From positions 1 to 48,476 of the forward strand of contig JAZDIN010000015.1 of assembly GCA_043804895.1 (NCBI GenBank): a stretch of 48,476 bases of DNA, read 5' to 3'. Below, in pieces: positions 17,601 through 25,256 of the stretch. Each line of letters opens with the position of its first letter. Within the stretch, counting starts at the first letter, position 1. Source of the stretch: Candidatus Altiarchaeota archaeon. GTDB lineage: Archaea > Altiarchaeota > Altiarchaeia > IMC4 > SCGC-AAA252-I15. Position numbers and translations under genes: made by a program. The notes beneath the pieces were generated by a model. The model was not told where the DNA came from, did not search any database, and was given only the letters and a program-made list of their open reading frames with translations.

Positions 17601-19444
17601 GCCTGCCTGATAGGCTTAAACGGACTCTCAGGGATGAATGTTGCTTTAAGTACTTTGCCTATACCGGCTCGAACGTGAGCGCCTCTACCTCCAGCAACTG
17701 TGGAGCCGGGCCTCGGGCCGACGAATATGTCATAGAGGCCAGGCCATACACTGCGTTTCGGGTCTGGGAGTGTAAGGCCTAACATGGCCGCAAGCCTGCT
17801 GGTGGAGTCACCAGCCATAACTCTGTCCTGCGCTTTTTCCGCTACCGTCCTCGTATGCTCCCCCCCTGTTATTGGACTGGCCGGAGCTTCCGTGTCCTTT
17901 CCGCCTTCGCCCTGTTTGATGTATTGACTGCTGCCGCCTGATTTTGATTGATCTCCCCCACCTGATTTGCCGCCGCCTCCACCGCCACCGCCTCCTTTAC
18001 TTTTGAAGAACTCCTGTTCTGCAGCTTTTGTTTCCTTCGTCGGCCCCATCACCGCGTCACGGAGGTTGGAGATGAAGCCTTGACCCTTGCCGCCTCCAAC
18101 TGGAGCTGGCCCGCTCTTGTTCGAGAAAATGCTCCCCGGATTCTCTTGGCTGTCGCGGCCGTACGAGGCCATACCTTGGCCAGCAAAGCCCATAGCCTGC
18201 GCGGGACTTGAGCCCATCATGATGGAACCGCCGAACATCATCCCGAAGCTTTGCAGGCGCTGAGGCCTGTTGGTGCTTTTTGCTGCGCCCATCATACCGG
18301 CTGCCGCCACCGCTCCGCCGAGGTATTGCATCAGGCTGGTCATGATGAGGGGGACGGCGAGGAAGGCTACAGACCCTGCCAGGAACAGGATTAATCCGAC
18401 GAAGATCGCCATCCCGCCTGGAAATTGTTGCGCAACCTGGGCTTCATCTATTTCCTGGCCCGGGGCTGTTGAGCTTGTGTCGATGGTTCCCATATCTGAC
18501 GCAGTGGGGTTCGGGTTCGTTGCAAGGTTAGTCATTCCTGCACTATCTATGCCCAAAACCATCTGCAATGACAGGATGTTTATGCACATTACCAAGGCCA
18601 TGACCGGGCCCATGAAAATCCACATCAGGGTTTTCATTATGAAGTCTCCGCCAAGCTGGCGGGTGTATTCGAAGAAGTAGAGGAATAGTATGAGGGGGAA
18701 TATCATGTAAAAGAGGATTACCATGGCGAAGCGCACGTAGGCTAGAAGGAGCACGTATAAGAAAATGCCCAGAATCCAAAGGAGTATGATGAACTGGCCG
18801 GATGCTATTGCGACTATTATGACTGCGAGGAATATGCTTGCTATTAGGACGGCAGGATTCAGGCCAGTAGGGCTCGTTCCCGCAAGGGCAAGTGCTTTTT
18901 CAAACATGATATTCGTCATGTCGGTTGATATGCCGAAGAGTAGGATGTATAGGTGCTTTGAAACAGAGATGAGCACCAGGGCTGTCATCAGCTTCGTCAA
19001 TTGATTCTTAGCTTGCGCCCTCTGTCCAGGGTCTATCGAGGAGAACAAGAACCATATGGTCACAACAATTATCTGCGCAAAAAGAAGCGGGATGACGAGC
19101 TTCAGGACTAAGGCGTGTAGGCCGTCGTAGCGTTCCCATGGCGGTTCCATAGTTAAGGCTTCCTGGAACATGGTGATGAATTGTTTCACAAGCCACGTCA
19201 TCGCGTCGCTAATCCACCCGAGGAGGATGTCGACAATCCACTTGCCGAGTAATTTTATCCCAACACACGCGACCCATGTCACTGCCCCCCAGACCCTAGA
19301 CCACCAGGGGCCTTTTGTGACCCTGTCGTTGCATTCCTTCAGCTGGTCTCCGTAGGTTCCTGGGGCGGATACGGTCGGTATGGTCAGCACTAGGAGAAGT
19401 AGTATGACTGCCAGCGCGGCAAGCCTTCTTGTGAAAGAAGTCAT
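14675..19444 (-). CDS. Giant VirB6-like protein (~1589 aa): TM domain, Gly-rich linker, three LEM/HeH-like repeats, C-terminal HExxH zincin-like domain
   Basis: ATG at 19444 gives a signal peptide (MTSFTRRLAALAVILLLLVL..VSA). Multiple TM helices, three ~30-aa repeats at ~15480-15976, then HELGH..EEEVVAN. Confidence 0.78.
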   Translation of the reverse strand: MTSFTRRLAALAVILLLLVLTIPTVSAPGTYGDQLKECNDRVTKGPWWSRVWGAVTWVACVGIKLLGKWIVDILLGWISDAMTWLVKQFITMFQEALTMEPPWERYDGLHALVLKLVIPLLFAQIIVVTIWFLFSSIDPGQRAQAKNQLTKLMTALVLISVSKHLYILLFGISTDMTNIMFEKALALAGTSPTGLNPAVLIASIFLAVIIVAIASGQFIILLWILGIFLYVLLLAYVRFAMVILFYMIFPLILFLYFFEYTRQLGGDFIMKTLMWIFMGPVMALVMCINILSLQMVLGIDSAGMTNLATNPNPTASDMGTIDTSSTAPGQEIDEAQVAQQFPGGMAIFVGLILFLAGSVAFLAVPLIMTSLMQYLGGAVAAAGMMGAAKSTNRPQRLQSFGMMFGGSIMMGSSPAQAMGFAGQGMASYGRDSQENPGSIFSNKSGPAPVGGGKGQGFISNLRDAVMGPTKETKAAEQEFFKSKGGGGGGGGGKSGGGDQSKSGGSSQYIKQGEGGKDTEAPASPITGGEHTRTVAEKAQDRVMAGDSTSRLAAMLGLTLPDPKRSVWPGLYDIFVGPRPGSTVAGGRGAHVRAGIGKVLKATFIPESPFKPIRQAGAMLAALGGMILPPPLVPLTDWVGTKMMGLSVREALFSRVPRGQINGMIGQYKKLDQQEKALQSMQASGGTTTADLTRVSAELAKVSKSKNELADKFGVAMTKLGFGVTPMYDIMAEYRGNTVAYMELMGKAEMLAPELHQRYLETARVPRSLYKELEDSPTADIDALVKKRDEGTLTTTEKTEVDKIQGHVDELKKGRTQDDIDNWSEAAERSLFYSVAFMRSNKIEDSMDQTTFLNANGGVGAFAANTGMFKVDDKSWETRFDPDWKKRFDQQSGQQEPVGKMERRMFMRLDGAMENAATQMETKILDTGESVPNLSIHRDGDCNIYVGAKDLAEIQGKRTGEDWVETGREYELKNPEGITFSTRNQRTGDEVLTKGRVLKVVEVDARLGVLKSLDGITAKTMGDASNVVNGKATLLLTEFSTQADKIYEIDTTKPPEIRQDPRLWKVVDPTKIDPAKLADGHYFIQDPLNSDRTSTITNAYSGGRVTYNDWVHPGITTEPDEKLPGHFKQGPAADKAITVTDVIAKNAGLTTPSEIVSMSDKQLERHLIRQGVPVAGLTAYQMREKAAADIKAKVDEEKQRHREETEEKAIVRLSGLATVEDIKRMSDAQVEDYLTSNGVSVAGLTPKAMKQQAIKITEDSMKQQVKITEALVAKIRASQLLLSPPKGFEKILSKTDKEVEDYLKSQGVATAGMTIPDIRRQVLEVAELREADQRFHIDKQDMRQLKDAELGAEYALMTKLIAFRGEKATGGHTRHLRLFNDRDDPTHMVVDVDRKYWERMDWKWEKIERHGKGAYVGVNIAHMTEAGYFQRAEEHYMRHELGHVDAKEIIPQIREAAMQNLTPAEQRMIKSLRISREDDALGRAEEEVVANIIHNPDPDSIKENARKVLDIMEKDFDRLGYDHITLAAAYSALDPELEKEFTEMMQRKKAKHHITGGDFKRFEAATRYAGFIAAETERIRLKRQQSGGTP

Positions 19445-19459
19445 CGTCTTAATTATTAT

Positions 19460-19512
19460 TGGAATGGTTGAAGAAAAGCGCGTTAAACTGGAGGGAAAAT
19501 AGGGAAAAGGGT
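19460..19512 (-). terminator. Pyrimidine/T-tract region between the first pilin and the giant VirB6-like gene; possible partial terminator
   Basis: Minus strand reads CCCTTTTCCCTATTTTCCCTCC...GCTTTTCTTC. Archaeal terminators are oligo-T/pyrimidine tracts. Confidence 0.35.
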
Positions 19513-19558
19513 ATGATGCCAGAGTTAGTCTGGCATCAGATTCTGGTTGGATGCGCAC

Positions 19559-19894
19559 CTAGTAGAAGCTGCACTTCTCTCCTGTGAATACCAGGACGAC
19601 AATCCATATGGCTAGGAGCACTATTACAAGGCCGATTACCGCATGGATTATGCCTTGCTTTGCTTGCTTTCTGGCTCCTGGGTCTTCTGCTGAGCCCGCC
19701 CACTTTATACCTTGTAGTGTAATCACTACAACGCCTATTCCAGCAGCTATTGCGAACAACAGCCACTGTATGTTGGCCAGTACGGTGCAGATGACCGTTG
19801 CGGCGCTCTGCATCTCGGTTGTTGCAGTGGCAGCCACTAGGCCAGCCAGTGTCAGGAGCGTAATGCCTGACAATACGGTTGTTTTTCTCATCAA
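19559..19894 (-). CDS. VirB2/TrbC-like conjugative-type pilin (copy 1, probable major pilin)
   Basis: First gene of the operon, with a strong SD (GAGGTGAG). Motif GIKWAGSAEDPGARKQAKQGIIHAVIGL between two hydrophobic helices. Confidence 0.85.
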   Translation of the reverse strand: MMRKTTVLSGITLLTLAGLVAATATTEMQSAATVICTVLANIQWLLFAIAAGIGVVVITLQGIKWAGSAEDPGARKQAKQGIIHAVIGLVIVLLAIWIVVLVFTGEKCSFY

Positions 19895-19934
19895 TTCTCA
19901 CCTCATTTAATTGATATTAGCTATGCTGCAGCTG

Positions 19935-19970
19935 TATTTAAAAATGCATATTTTACGTATACATGTATAC
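19935..19970 (-). promoter_or_regulatory. Operon promoter: TATA box plus perfect palindrome GTATACATGTATAC
   Basis: TTTTTAAATA on the minus strand at ~19935-19944; 14-bp palindrome at 19957-19970 just upstream. Confidence 0.6.
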
Positions 19971-19999
19971 ATAAGCCGTGAGATTACTATAAAACTGCA

Positions 20000-20296
20000 C
20001 TAATCCAGTTTCACAAGGTTCCCGTAAGGGAACCACGGCTTCCCAGTGACCTCCACAAGCGTGTCAAATGCGCTGGCCTTATGCTCCGCCTTCCCAGACA
20101 GTACATAGTCTATGAACTCTGCCTCCCGCAAGTAGGCGAAGTTTATGGCGCGTTTTATCAGCTCGCACTGGCTGATGCGAACGCCCTTACTCTTCAAAAG
20201 ATGGTAGTTGAGGGCCTTAATTTTAGACAGTGACTCCAAGTCCACCCTCTGAGTAGTCAAACCGCCACCACGTCCCTTAACACCTTCCTGGACCAC
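20000..20296 (-). CDS. Ribbon-helix-helix-like DNA-binding protein, putative regulator
   Basis: TTQRVDLESLSKIKAL...GVRISQCELIKRAI fits the RHH strand-helix-helix pattern. SD-like GGTGTG before the GTG start. Confidence 0.6.
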   Translation of the reverse strand: MVQEGVKGRGGGLTTQRVDLESLSKIKALNYHLLKSKGVRISQCELIKRAINFAYLREAEFIDYVLSGKAEHKASAFDTLVEVTGKPWFPYGNLVKLD

Positions 20297-20347
20297 AATT
20301 CACACCACAAGAAACAGTTAAATATGCCACAGTAGAATATATATGCG

Positions 20348-20494
20348 ATGAGACTCCCCGGAGGGATAGAGGTGAGGGACGACCTCATAAGGGACGACAT
20401 AACAAGGAAGGACATACTATGGTTCCTCGCCCTACTGGCCTTCCTGACATTCTGGACCTGGTTCGTCTTCTACAGCGGAGTCATACTGAAGTAG
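20348..20494 (+). CDS. 48-aa single-pass membrane protein (absent from the ORF track)
   Basis: Hand translation MRLPGGIEVRDDLIRDDITRKDILWFLALLAFLTFWTWFVFYSGVILK. Typical codon usage; AT-rich divergent promoter region upstream. Confidence 0.65.
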   Translation: MRLPGGIEVRDDLIRDDITRKDILWFLALLAFLTFWTWFVFYSGVILK

Positions 20495-22061
20495 GATTAC
20501 GGTAGACCCCATAGTATCCGCTGCTGTTGACTTGAGGCCACCTGCCGATTTCCACAGCCGGGCCTGGGGCGTACCGCCACAACCACTCTAGCATACCATC
20601 TGGTATGACAGCGTATTCTGCGTTAAGGTACGAGGCGTTGAATGCATACCTTCCTGAGGGGTAGATCGGGTAATATTCTATAGGATACCCTGCGTAGACT
20701 ATTGATTGGGTTATCACCGTAGAATTCTTGAAGTATCTGGCGAGATTACTGGTCGTGATTACAAAACCTGAGTGGGAATGCGAATTTACATACGCCGCAA
20801 CCTCAGTCAGGTCAGAGATAGGCTCTGGCGAAAAGACACCGCCTGGCGCGTGCGCGGACAGGCTGTTGTAGAATGCGAATGGAAACGGGTATGAGACGAT
20901 AAGAATCGCTGGGATGAGACCCGCCACACCCCTGAGGTGCTGGTAGAGGAGAGACAATAACACAGCCAAACCCATGGCGAAGAAAGGGTAAAGGGGAATG
21001 AACATGTGATCAGAGCGGCCGAACGCTACCACAGCCAGAAAAGACGGCAGGAAGTACAGGATGAGGACGTGGTTCATATAACCGCCCAGGAAGAGGAGGC
21101 CTATGATGCCAAGCCAATAGTAGTCGCCGCCTGCGAACAGGCTACCTGCCGATAGGGGAGCCACCAGAGTTACCGACAGGAGGAGGTGAGCAGCCAGTAG
21201 GGTTGCAGGCACATACCATAAGCTGAAGAGGAAACCAGTTGTGAAACCACCAGCAGGGTCGAATAGGCTGCGGGCGAACCCTGTCAGGAAACGCCTTTTA
21301 ATGATTGCGAGGAAGAGCACCGGCAGGGCGAGTATTAGAGGCTGCGCCAGTTTGAAGCGCTGAAACTGGAATGCGACATCGCCTATGAAATACTCTGAAG
21401 TGGAGGACATGACAAGGAAGAAGATGATGAAGGGAGTGAAGAGTAATGAGAACGCAGGGATGAATCCAGGCTTTTCACGCACCAGGAAGTAGAGAGACAA
21501 AGTTGCTGCCACGAAAAGACCTTGAGGTTCGGTTAATGCTGATAGGCCGGCTGAGAGGCAGCAGGGAATCCACCATTTCCCACCGTGTTTAATGTGCCTT
21601 ATGAGAAAGTAGAGCGAGGATACGACAAGCAGGCTTAGTAGGTGGTTTGCGAATCCCATCCTACCCCAGTAGACTGCCGACGGGTAGATGGCGTAAAGGA
21701 GGGATGCGAGTAACCCGACCCTTTCGCCAGCCGCTTCCAACCCGATGAAGTAGAGGAGGAGTATCAACGCGAAGTTCAAAGCTACTGTGAAAAGGCGCAA
21801 GACCATGATAGAGCCGCCGAAAAACTTCACAAGGAAGGATAGCGCAAGGAGGAACAACGGCGGATGGGGCACGAACGCATACTTTATTGAAAACCATAGT
21901 AGGCGGCCTTCGCTTATGTTCCGCGCGTAGTTGAGGTTGTAACCCTCATCCCAGTCCCACTTCGGGATGGTTCCAAGATTCGGCAGCCAGAGTACGGAAG
22001 CAGCCAAGAACACTAACAGAAGAGGCCGCCTAGCAGACAACATGGATGGAATATTGAACAT
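20481..22061 (-). CDS. GT-C fold glycosyltransferase (ArnT/PMT-like)
   Basis: TM1 followed by WDWDEGYN acidic loop and HPPLF motif; more than 10 TM helices. Confidence 0.85.
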   Translation of the reverse strand: MFNIPSMLSARRPLLLVFLAASVLWLPNLGTIPKWDWDEGYNLNYARNISEGRLLWFSIKYAFVPHPPLFLLALSFLVKFFGGSIMVLRLFTVALNFALILLLYFIGLEAAGERVGLLASLLYAIYPSAVYWGRMGFANHLLSLLVVSSLYFLIRHIKHGGKWWIPCCLSAGLSALTEPQGLFVAATLSLYFLVREKPGFIPAFSLLFTPFIIFFLVMSSTSEYFIGDVAFQFQRFKLAQPLILALPVLFLAIIKRRFLTGFARSLFDPAGGFTTGFLFSLWYVPATLLAAHLLLSVTLVAPLSAGSLFAGGDYYWLGIIGLLFLGGYMNHVLILYFLPSFLAVVAFGRSDHMFIPLYPFFAMGLAVLLSLLYQHLRGVAGLIPAILIVSYPFPFAFYNSLSAHAPGGVFSPEPISDLTEVAAYVNSHSHSGFVITTSNLARYFKNSTVITQSIVYAGYPIEYYPIYPSGRYAFNASYLNAEYAVIPDGMLEWLWRYAPGPAVEIGRWPQVNSSGYYGVYRNPTSV

Positions 22062-22072
22062 GGAATAATATA

Positions 22073-23752
22073 CTATCTAGGGGGGGTGGGATTCCGGTAG
22101 ACGACGTACACCCGGTCCCGGTACACCTCATCCCAATCCCTAACCCCCTCTAGGATGGCGTTGATGTCAGGCCTGTCCTTGAAGTAACCGAACGTGTAAT
22201 TGTTTACCATGACATAAGCGGCATTGCTGAGGGAGACATTCTCTGCGAAACTCATGTTAGGCCGGTAATACGCGTACCCGACACCATCATATGCTAAGGC
22301 CTGCATGAGCGTTGTGGTTTGCGCACTAATGGAACCTGCAAGGTGGCTTGTGGAGATGACAAGCTGCCCCCCAACCGCGACTGAATTCAGGTAGTCAACC
22401 ACCCCGGCAGCTGACCCCAAATCCTCCCTCAGAAGCAGTCTTTCGAAGACGAATGCCTCCACATCATAGTAGAGGGTGAAGGCGAATGGAGAGCATAAAA
22501 GAAGCAAAGCTATGGTGGAACCCAATGGGATGTTGAACCTTTCAGTAAGTGCGATGATGAGCAGCCTCATCTCCAATAGTATGCCAGACAAGCCGATACA
22601 AAAGAACGGGTAGAGTTGGATTATCATGTGGTCCATCCTAAACACGAAAAGAGTCGCGAGGAACAATGGGACGAAATAGATGACTATGAGTGGACTTGCC
22701 AGATACGCCAAGAAGATTCCCACACAGCCGAGCCAGAAGTAGTCCGCCCCCCCGAATATCGACTTGTCAGAGAACGGGGACAGGAGGGGATACTGCAGCG
22801 CCGCATTGGCGAGGACGACGGTAATGGGGACTACGACGCTATTAAAGAACCTGACATCGCCGAAGATGACCTTAGACTCTCGTTTGAGGGCCGTGTGTAG
22901 GGTTGCCTTCGGGATGAAACGGAGGAAGAACAACAGGAGAAAGATGGGCAGGAACTTCACCACTGACGCTGAAAGTGTGCCTGGGTCAGACACCCTGAAC
23001 CTCGCCAGCTGATAAGACATTTCTCCTATGAAGACTTCGCCCCTGAAAGCGAGCATGTAAAGGGACAACGCAACAAGGGGCGTTAACATGATGGCCGAAG
23101 ACTTCAGGAGTCTCCCGCGGTCCTTGAGGAAGAAGTAGATGAGAAGCGACAATATAACTGCTCCGCCGATGTACTCGGTCAGACATGCAGCAGAGGCGAA
23201 TACACATGACAGAATCCACCAGCGTCCGCCTGACCTAACATACCTGAGAAGACAGTACAATGACAGCATCACCGTCAAAGCCAGCTGGTTGTTACCGATT
23301 GCGGTCCTCCCCCAGAATATGGCAGCAGGGAAGATTGCCAGGAGGAACGCCGCAACCAGGCCGCGTTTCCTGCCAGATAACTCGGACCCAACCAGGTAGA
23401 CGAGAAGCAAAGTCGCAATAGAGTAGATGACGCTCAGACTCCTCGCAGCGACAATAGAGTTGCCGTATAGCTTCACTACAGCAGCCATCACAAGGAGGTA
23501 TAGCGGCGGGTGGGGTATGAAAGCGTAATTGATTGAGAACCACTGTATCCTCCCCTCCGAAAGATGCCACCCATAGTTGAGGTTGTAACCCTCATCCCAG
23601 TCCCACCTGGGAGTGGACTCCAGGTTAGGCACCCTCAACGCCAATCCAATGGCAACCACTACGGCGAGGAAGACCACTGCCTTACGTTCACTCAGAGAAT
23701 CCTCCATTTTCCCCTTTTGTTGGTGGCGGTCAGGTCGCCCATCAGTCATCAC
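22073..23752 (-). CDS. GT-C fold glycosyltransferase (ArnT/PMT-like), tandem paralog
   Basis: Shares WDWDEGYNLNY, WFSIxYAFxPHPPL and GxDYxWLG with the downstream gene. Confidence 0.85.
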   Translation of the reverse strand: MMTDGRPDRHQQKGKMEDSLSERKAVVFLAVVVAIGLALRVPNLESTPRWDWDEGYNLNYGWHLSEGRIQWFSINYAFIPHPPLYLLVMAAVVKLYGNSIVAARSLSVIYSIATLLLVYLVGSELSGRKRGLVAAFLLAIFPAAIFWGRTAIGNNQLALTVMLSLYCLLRYVRSGGRWWILSCVFASAACLTEYIGGAVILSLLIYFFLKDRGRLLKSSAIMLTPLVALSLYMLAFRGEVFIGEMSYQLARFRVSDPGTLSASVVKFLPIFLLLFFLRFIPKATLHTALKRESKVIFGDVRFFNSVVVPITVVLANAALQYPLLSPFSDKSIFGGADYFWLGCVGIFLAYLASPLIVIYFVPLFLATLFVFRMDHMIIQLYPFFCIGLSGILLEMRLLIIALTERFNIPLGSTIALLLLCSPFAFTLYYDVEAFVFERLLLREDLGSAAGVVDYLNSVAVGGQLVISTSHLAGSISAQTTTLMQALAYDGVGYAYYRPNMSFAENVSLSNAAYVMVNNYTFGYFKDRPDINAILEGVRDWDEVYRDRVYVVYRNPTPPR

Positions 23753-23816
23753 AGTTCAGTGGTTGTTCGCATCATCACACCGCCAAGTTAATATTACTCT
23801 CCCATGAATATAATAT

Positions 23817-25256
23817 GTGACTGGGGAGGAAGGCCGTGATAGGTTCTTTGTTTTGGTTGTTTTAGCTGCATTAGTCACTCGTGTTTATGCACTCTTCGCC
23901 ACTAAGGGCTTCCTCCACCCTGATAACCTCTACCAGCTTCTGGAGCCTGCGCACAGGCTCGTGTTCGGCTACGGGATAATACCATGGGAGTACGTGTACG
24001 GGATGCGCTCCTGGTTCCAGCCACTGATGATAGCAGCTGTTTTCAAGCTGGGCGTCCTCTTCGGAGTCGGCGACATCCTCTCACTCATCTTCATCAACAG
24101 GTGCATCATGGTCTTGTTCTCGCTCGCTTTACTCTACGTAATCTATGAAATGGCCTTAGCCTTGTACGGTCGCAAGAGCGCAACGTACGCACTCTTCTTT
24201 GCCGTGTTCTCCCCGATCCTGTGGCTCTGGAGCGCTGATGTCAACTATCACACTCCATCAACGCTGTTTGCGACAGCGGCGCTCCTACTATTCTACCTAG
24301 GGTGGAAGGACAACTCAGAACGATGCTACCTGCTCTCAGGCCTAAGCCTCGGTGTCGCGTTCATGTTCAGATTCGATTCACTGTTATTCCTAATACCTCT
24401 CGGAATTTATGCGCTGGTAGGTGGGCGGTTCAATGGATTGCAGTACTTCATATTTGGCCTTGTTGCAGTCGTCCTCGTTCAGGGAGTCCTGGACCTCTTG
24501 ACATGGGGGTCTTTCCTCCATTCTCCGATAGAATTTTTCAGGAGTAACCTGCTCCAAGGCAGGTCTTCCAGCTACTTTGGCAGCGATCCGTTCTACTACT
24601 ACTTCGGCGTACTTGTACTGCAACTTACATGCCTGTTCCTCCTGCCCTTCGCACTTGAGAGGAGAGTAGAATTCAATTTTCTGGCAGTGACCTTCGCGTC
24701 TTTTCTATTGATATACTCGCTGATACCACATAAAGAGCCAAGGTTCATGATACCACTCCTCCCGATTATTTCAATCATGGCGGGGAGGGGAATGGAGAGG
24801 ATGAGGAAGACATACGGGGGGCTAACACTCTACATACTCGTCGCCGCGACAGTTTATGTCAGTTTCACAGTGACCGAAGCCTTCGGGTGGCAGAATTACT
24901 GGAGGGAGTCGGAAGCGATGAACTACGTCGGCAGACAGCCGGACGCAACGGGCGTGGCATACTCCATGTACTGGTATAAAGTCGGTGGCTACACCTACCT
25001 ACACAATAGTATGCCTGTTGTGTTCATAGGCGATCGCACAACAGACCCGGTCCTGAATGATGTGAACTGCGACAGGTCAGACATGGATTTTATAGGATTC
25101 CAGTGCAGTCCTCTGGAAAGTGTGATGTCTGAGGGAAAAATCAATTATATTGTGACAGACAAACAGACCATCGGCACTACAATAGCATCAAACGGCTTCA
25201 CAAGAGTCAGGGGATTCGGCAATGTGACAGTCTATTCCAGGCCTGGTAAGCCGTAG
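23817..25256 (+). CDS. ALG9/PIG-B family (GT22-like) mannosyltransferase
   Basis: HPDNLYQLLEPAHRLVFGYG..PWEY..GMRS and PHKEPRF match PIG-B/ALG9 signatures. Confidence 0.85.
   Translation: MTGEEGRDRFFVLVVLAALVTRVYALFATKGFLHPDNLYQLLEPAHRLVFGYGIIPWEYVYGMRSWFQPLMIAAVFKLGVLFGVGDILSLIFINRCIMVLFSLALLYVIYEMALALYGRKSATYALFFAVFSPILWLWSADVNYHTPSTLFATAALLLFYLGWKDNSERCYLLSGLSLGVAFMFRFDSLLFLIPLGIYALVGGRFNGLQYFIFGLVAVVLVQGVLDLLTWGSFLHSPIEFFRSNLLQGRSSSYFGSDPFYYYFGVLVLQLTCLFLLPFALERRVEFNFLAVTFASFLLIYSLIPHKEPRFMIPLLPIISIMAGRGMERMRKTYGGLTLYILVAATVYVSFTVTEAFGWQNYWRESEAMNYVGRQPDATGVAYSMYWYKVGGYTYLHNSMPVVFIGDRTTDPVLNDVNCDRSDMDFIGFQCSPLESVMSEGKINYIVTDKQTIGTTIASNGFTRVRGFGNVTVYSRPGKP

Noticed and set aside
19445-19558. 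ORF-track N-terminal extension of the 1627-aa ORF
   Set aside because: It reads through a pyrimidine-rich intergenic tract; the ATG at 19444 gives a clean signal peptide.
6766-20296. Integrated conjugative element or provirus
   Set aside because: No integrase, relaxase, VirD4, replication or virion genes, and no flanking direct repeats seen. Not fully excluded without the rest of the genome.
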